From the NCBI GenBank assembly GCA_951812955.1, contig OX638340.1:3616001-3680000 (forward strand): a DNA stretch of 64,000 nucleotides, given 5' to 3'. Positions 63,859-64,000 of the stretch are shown piece by piece. This DNA comes from an uncultured Gemmatimonadota bacterium (GTDB taxonomy: Bacteria; JAAXHH01). The position numbers were made by a program, and so were the translations under genes. Numbering within the stretch: position 1 is the stretch's first letter; every line of letters begins with the position of its first letter. The notes beneath the pieces were generated by a model. That model was not told the DNA's origin. It saw only the letters and a list, made by a program, of their open reading frames with translations, and ran no database searches.

Positions 63859-64000
63859 TCACACCGGCTGCCGGATCCTGGCCACTACGCCCCGCCACCA
63901 GTTCCGGAGGTCTTCGAAGGCGCTGTAGACCAGGGGCAGCGCGACCATGGCGCCAATAGTGGAGAAGATCAGGCCGCCCATAACGGATCGCCCCATGGGA
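63859..64000 (-). CDS. RND-type efflux permease (AcrB/CzcA-like), C-terminal end only (3' partial; gene body lies beyond window end)
   Basis: Minus-strand translation …MGGLIFSTIGAMVALPLVYSAFEDLRNWWRGVVARIRQPV* resembles the last TM helix and C-terminus of RND permeases. Confidence 0.45.
   Translation of the reverse strand, partial: PMGRSVMGGLIFSTIGAMVALPLVYSAFEDLRNWWRGVVARIRQPV

Overview
Overview: high-GC (about 65%) bacterial chromosomal segment with roughly 60 protein-coding genes and no rRNA, tRNA, CRISPR array, transposase or integrase that I could see. Backbone genes: the high-GC backbone is dominated by 13 paralogous phytanoyl-CoA dioxygenase (PhyH)-type Fe(II)/2-oxoglutarate oxygenase genes. 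These are interleaved with cupin and bicupin genes, two Cys-type sulfatases, two BNR/sialidase-like proteins, two amidohydrolase-2 genes, two acetamidase/formamidase genes, UxuA-like and enolase-superfamily dehydratases, gamma-glutamyltranspeptidase, an ACC-deaminase-like PLP enzyme, aminotransferases, an HpcH aldolase, TenA, transporters and putative glycoside hydrolases. Low-GC insertions: three low-GC insertions stand out. (1) Positions ~1655-5860 hold a decayed defense/toxin-antitoxin island: a TIR-like (COG4271/PF10137-type) protein split by a frameshift in an A6 run, an MNT nucleotidyltransferase with a truncated HepT, a Phd/YefM antitoxin with a PIN toxin pseudogene, and a type II restriction-modification pair (DPPY methyltransferase plus convergent PD-(D/E)XK nuclease candidate). 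The methyltransferase has a leaderless sigma70-like promoter containing two GACGTC palindromes. (2) Positions ~20300-21400 hold a STAS-like (DUF4325-like) protein plus a PIN-domain protein. (3) Positions ~49780-50420 hold a HicA/HicB module. Best candidates for something new: (a) an ECF sigma factor co-transcribed with a ZAS-type anti-sigma factor fused to a complete O6-alkylguanine-DNA alkyltransferase (MGMT) and a C-terminal Ada-type Cys4 zinc domain, at 48336-49770, which is a plausible alkylation-sensing sigma/anti-sigma switch; (b) a single 592-aa polypeptide at 10814-12592 combining a class I SAM methyltransferase, an unassigned central domain and a C-terminal HNH nuclease motif. Other observations: the extreme PhyH paralog expansion, a mirrored duplication of a large polytopic membrane protein with a sulfatase, an acetamidase with a histone-H1-like repetitive tail, a Tat signal on a HisC-like aminotransferase, and several short tandem repeats. 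Limits: all calls are from reading the sequence and the ORF track; no database searches were run.
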